Source: Acidobacteriota bacterium
Lineage (GTDB): Bacteria > Acidobacteriota > Vicinamibacteria > Vicinamibacterales > JAENWD01
Reading direction: 5' to 3'
NCBI GenBank assembly: GCA_046731935.1
Contig: JBKPMA010000321.1
Coordinates: forward strand, 1 to 14,532
Length of the DNA stretch: 14,532 nucleotides
Position numbers and translations under genes: made by a program. The notes beneath the pieces are model-generated. The model ran no database searches, had not been told where the DNA came from, and saw only the letters and a list, made by a program, of their open reading frames with translations. Below are positions 13,755 through 14,532 of the stretch, in pieces. The stretch's first letter is position 1, and the number at the start of each line of letters is the position of its first letter.

Positions 13755-13798
13755 CGCCTGCAATGACGATTGCAGAGTGACGAATGACGAGTGACGGT
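13752..13798. repeat. Second copy of the heptamer-repeat element (TGACGCC, TGACGAT, then tandem TGACGAA-TGACGAG-TGACGGT at 13778-13798) with a small palindrome TGCAAT-gacg-ATTGCA (13759-13774), at another convergent junction
   Basis: The first heptamer again overlaps the TGA stop of the upstream gene. It shares the 12-mer CGTCATTCGTCA (as reverse complement) with the 10687-10770 element. Confidence 0.6.
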
Positions 13799-13806
13799 TG
13801 GCGCGC

Positions 13807-14415
13807 TCAGTGAAGTGCCTGGTCGAGCGCTTCGAGCCACGCCAGTGCCATCAGCCGGTGATACGGCTCGGTCATGTGGATGCCGTCGAGCGACAGGAAC
13901 TTCGCGTGATCGGGTGCCGCGGCAAGGCGCGCGGCAGCCGGTACGATGACGGCGCCGGCCGTGCGCGCGGCCTCGTTTCTGCGGCTTCGCATCCCGTCGT
14001 CACGTTCCGCCGAATCGCCCACTGAGTCGAACATGACGACCGCCGAGCCCGCGGCCCGAAGCGAGCCGATCAAGCCTGCCAGCGCCGCAAGATCCTCGTC
14101 GTTTCTGACCGCCACGACGAGCAACGTCACCCGCGGTCGCCACTCGACAACTTCCCTCTCGAACGTGCGTACGGCACGGGTCGCGGTCAGTCCACCGGCC
14201 GAGTAGTGACGCGTCTCCACCGGCACGTTCGCTTCGGTGAGAATCTCTGCGGCGATGGTTGTGAAGCTGCCGGGCGAGGCCCAATGGTTGCCCATCGTGA
14301 ACGAGTGGCCTATGACGGCGACGCGAGCGGGCTCCGACGCTCGCAGGCGGTTGACCACCGCCCGAACCGTCGGCGTCGTTGACAGCTCCGCCGCGACGAT
14401 CGACGCATTCCGCAC
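13807..14415 (-). CDS. SGNH/GDSL-like hydrolase family protein (the reading frame stays open to the window edge at 14532; the N-terminus may lie outside the window)
   Basis: VAVIGHSFTMGNHW is a block-I-like motif with a candidate Ser nucleophile. DGIHMTEPYH is the SGNH block V DxxH catalytic pair. The track start is a GTG at 14415. The same frame has no stop upstream through 14532, so the gene may be 5'-truncated by the window. Confidence 0.55.
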   Translation of the reverse strand: MRNASIVAAELSTTPTVRAVVNRLRASEPARVAVIGHSFTMGNHWASPGSFTTIAAEILTEANVPVETRHYSAGGLTATRAVRTFEREVVEWRPRVTLLVVAVRNDEDLAALAGLIGSLRAAGSAVVMFDSVGDSAERDDGMRSRRNEAARTAGAVIVPAAARLAAAPDHAKFLSLDGIHMTEPYHRLMALAWLEALDQALH

Positions 14416-14532
14416 ACCGAGATGCTTCTCGCCCCAGTTCCAGACCTTGCGGCCCGCGTCGCGCCAGGCATTTGCATCCGTGGCGAAGGGCGCGGCACAG
14501 GTCAGCGGCGCCAGCGTCCCACCAAACGATGC

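Noticed and set aside
1-14532. tRNA/rRNA genes and mobile elements (IS, integrase, transposase)
   Set aside because: By eye I found no T-loop GGTTCGA-like motif in a cloverleaf context, no rRNA-like conserved stretches, and no ORF resembling a transposase, integrase or recombinase. The only terminal-inverted-repeat-like structures are short intergenic palindromes, which I reported as regulatory elements or repeats.

Overview
This is a GC-rich (roughly two-thirds G+C by eye) bacterial chromosomal segment. Third-codon positions are strongly G/C-biased, and many overlapping alternative-frame ORFs in the track are artefacts of that. I support about 17 protein-coding genes and no rRNA, tRNA, CRISPR array or obvious mobile element. 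In window order the genes are: a 3'-truncated secreted protein and a blue-copper cupredoxin protein (both -); a DJ-1/PfpI protein coupled by an ATGA overlap to an alpha/beta hydrolase (+); an orphan ABC ATPase coupled by a GTGA overlap to a rhodanese-like protein, downstream of an Amt ammonium transporter (all -); a small hypothetical gene (-); phenylalanine 4-monooxygenase (-); a Tat-signal protein coupled to a xylose-isomerase-like TIM-barrel enzyme (-); a large flotillin/SPFH protein (+); a GNAT acetyltransferase (-); an NAD-dependent epimerase-like protein coupled to a DHDPS/N-acetylneuraminate-lyase-family aldolase (+); and an SGNH hydrolase (-) that probably runs past the window edge. 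The strongest non-coding signal is a strict 13-bp-period tandem array downstream of phhA. It has seven units at 5814-5904, each with a conserved AGGTGCGG core and a variable 5-nt spacer, followed by three inverted core copies at the same period and a GTGCGGCCGCAC palindrome. Also worth a second look: a heptamer-repeat (TGACGAA/TTCGTCA) element at two separate convergent gene ends, a perfect 8-bp-arm palindrome in a 44-bp divergent promoter gap, a perfect 13-bp inverted repeat next to a TATAAT between amt and the rhodanese gene, and a rhodanese with an unusual Cys-rich CGCCPFEHC loop. I see no recognisable defence or toxin system. The candidate novelties are the repeat architectures and several gene pairs of unknown pathway.
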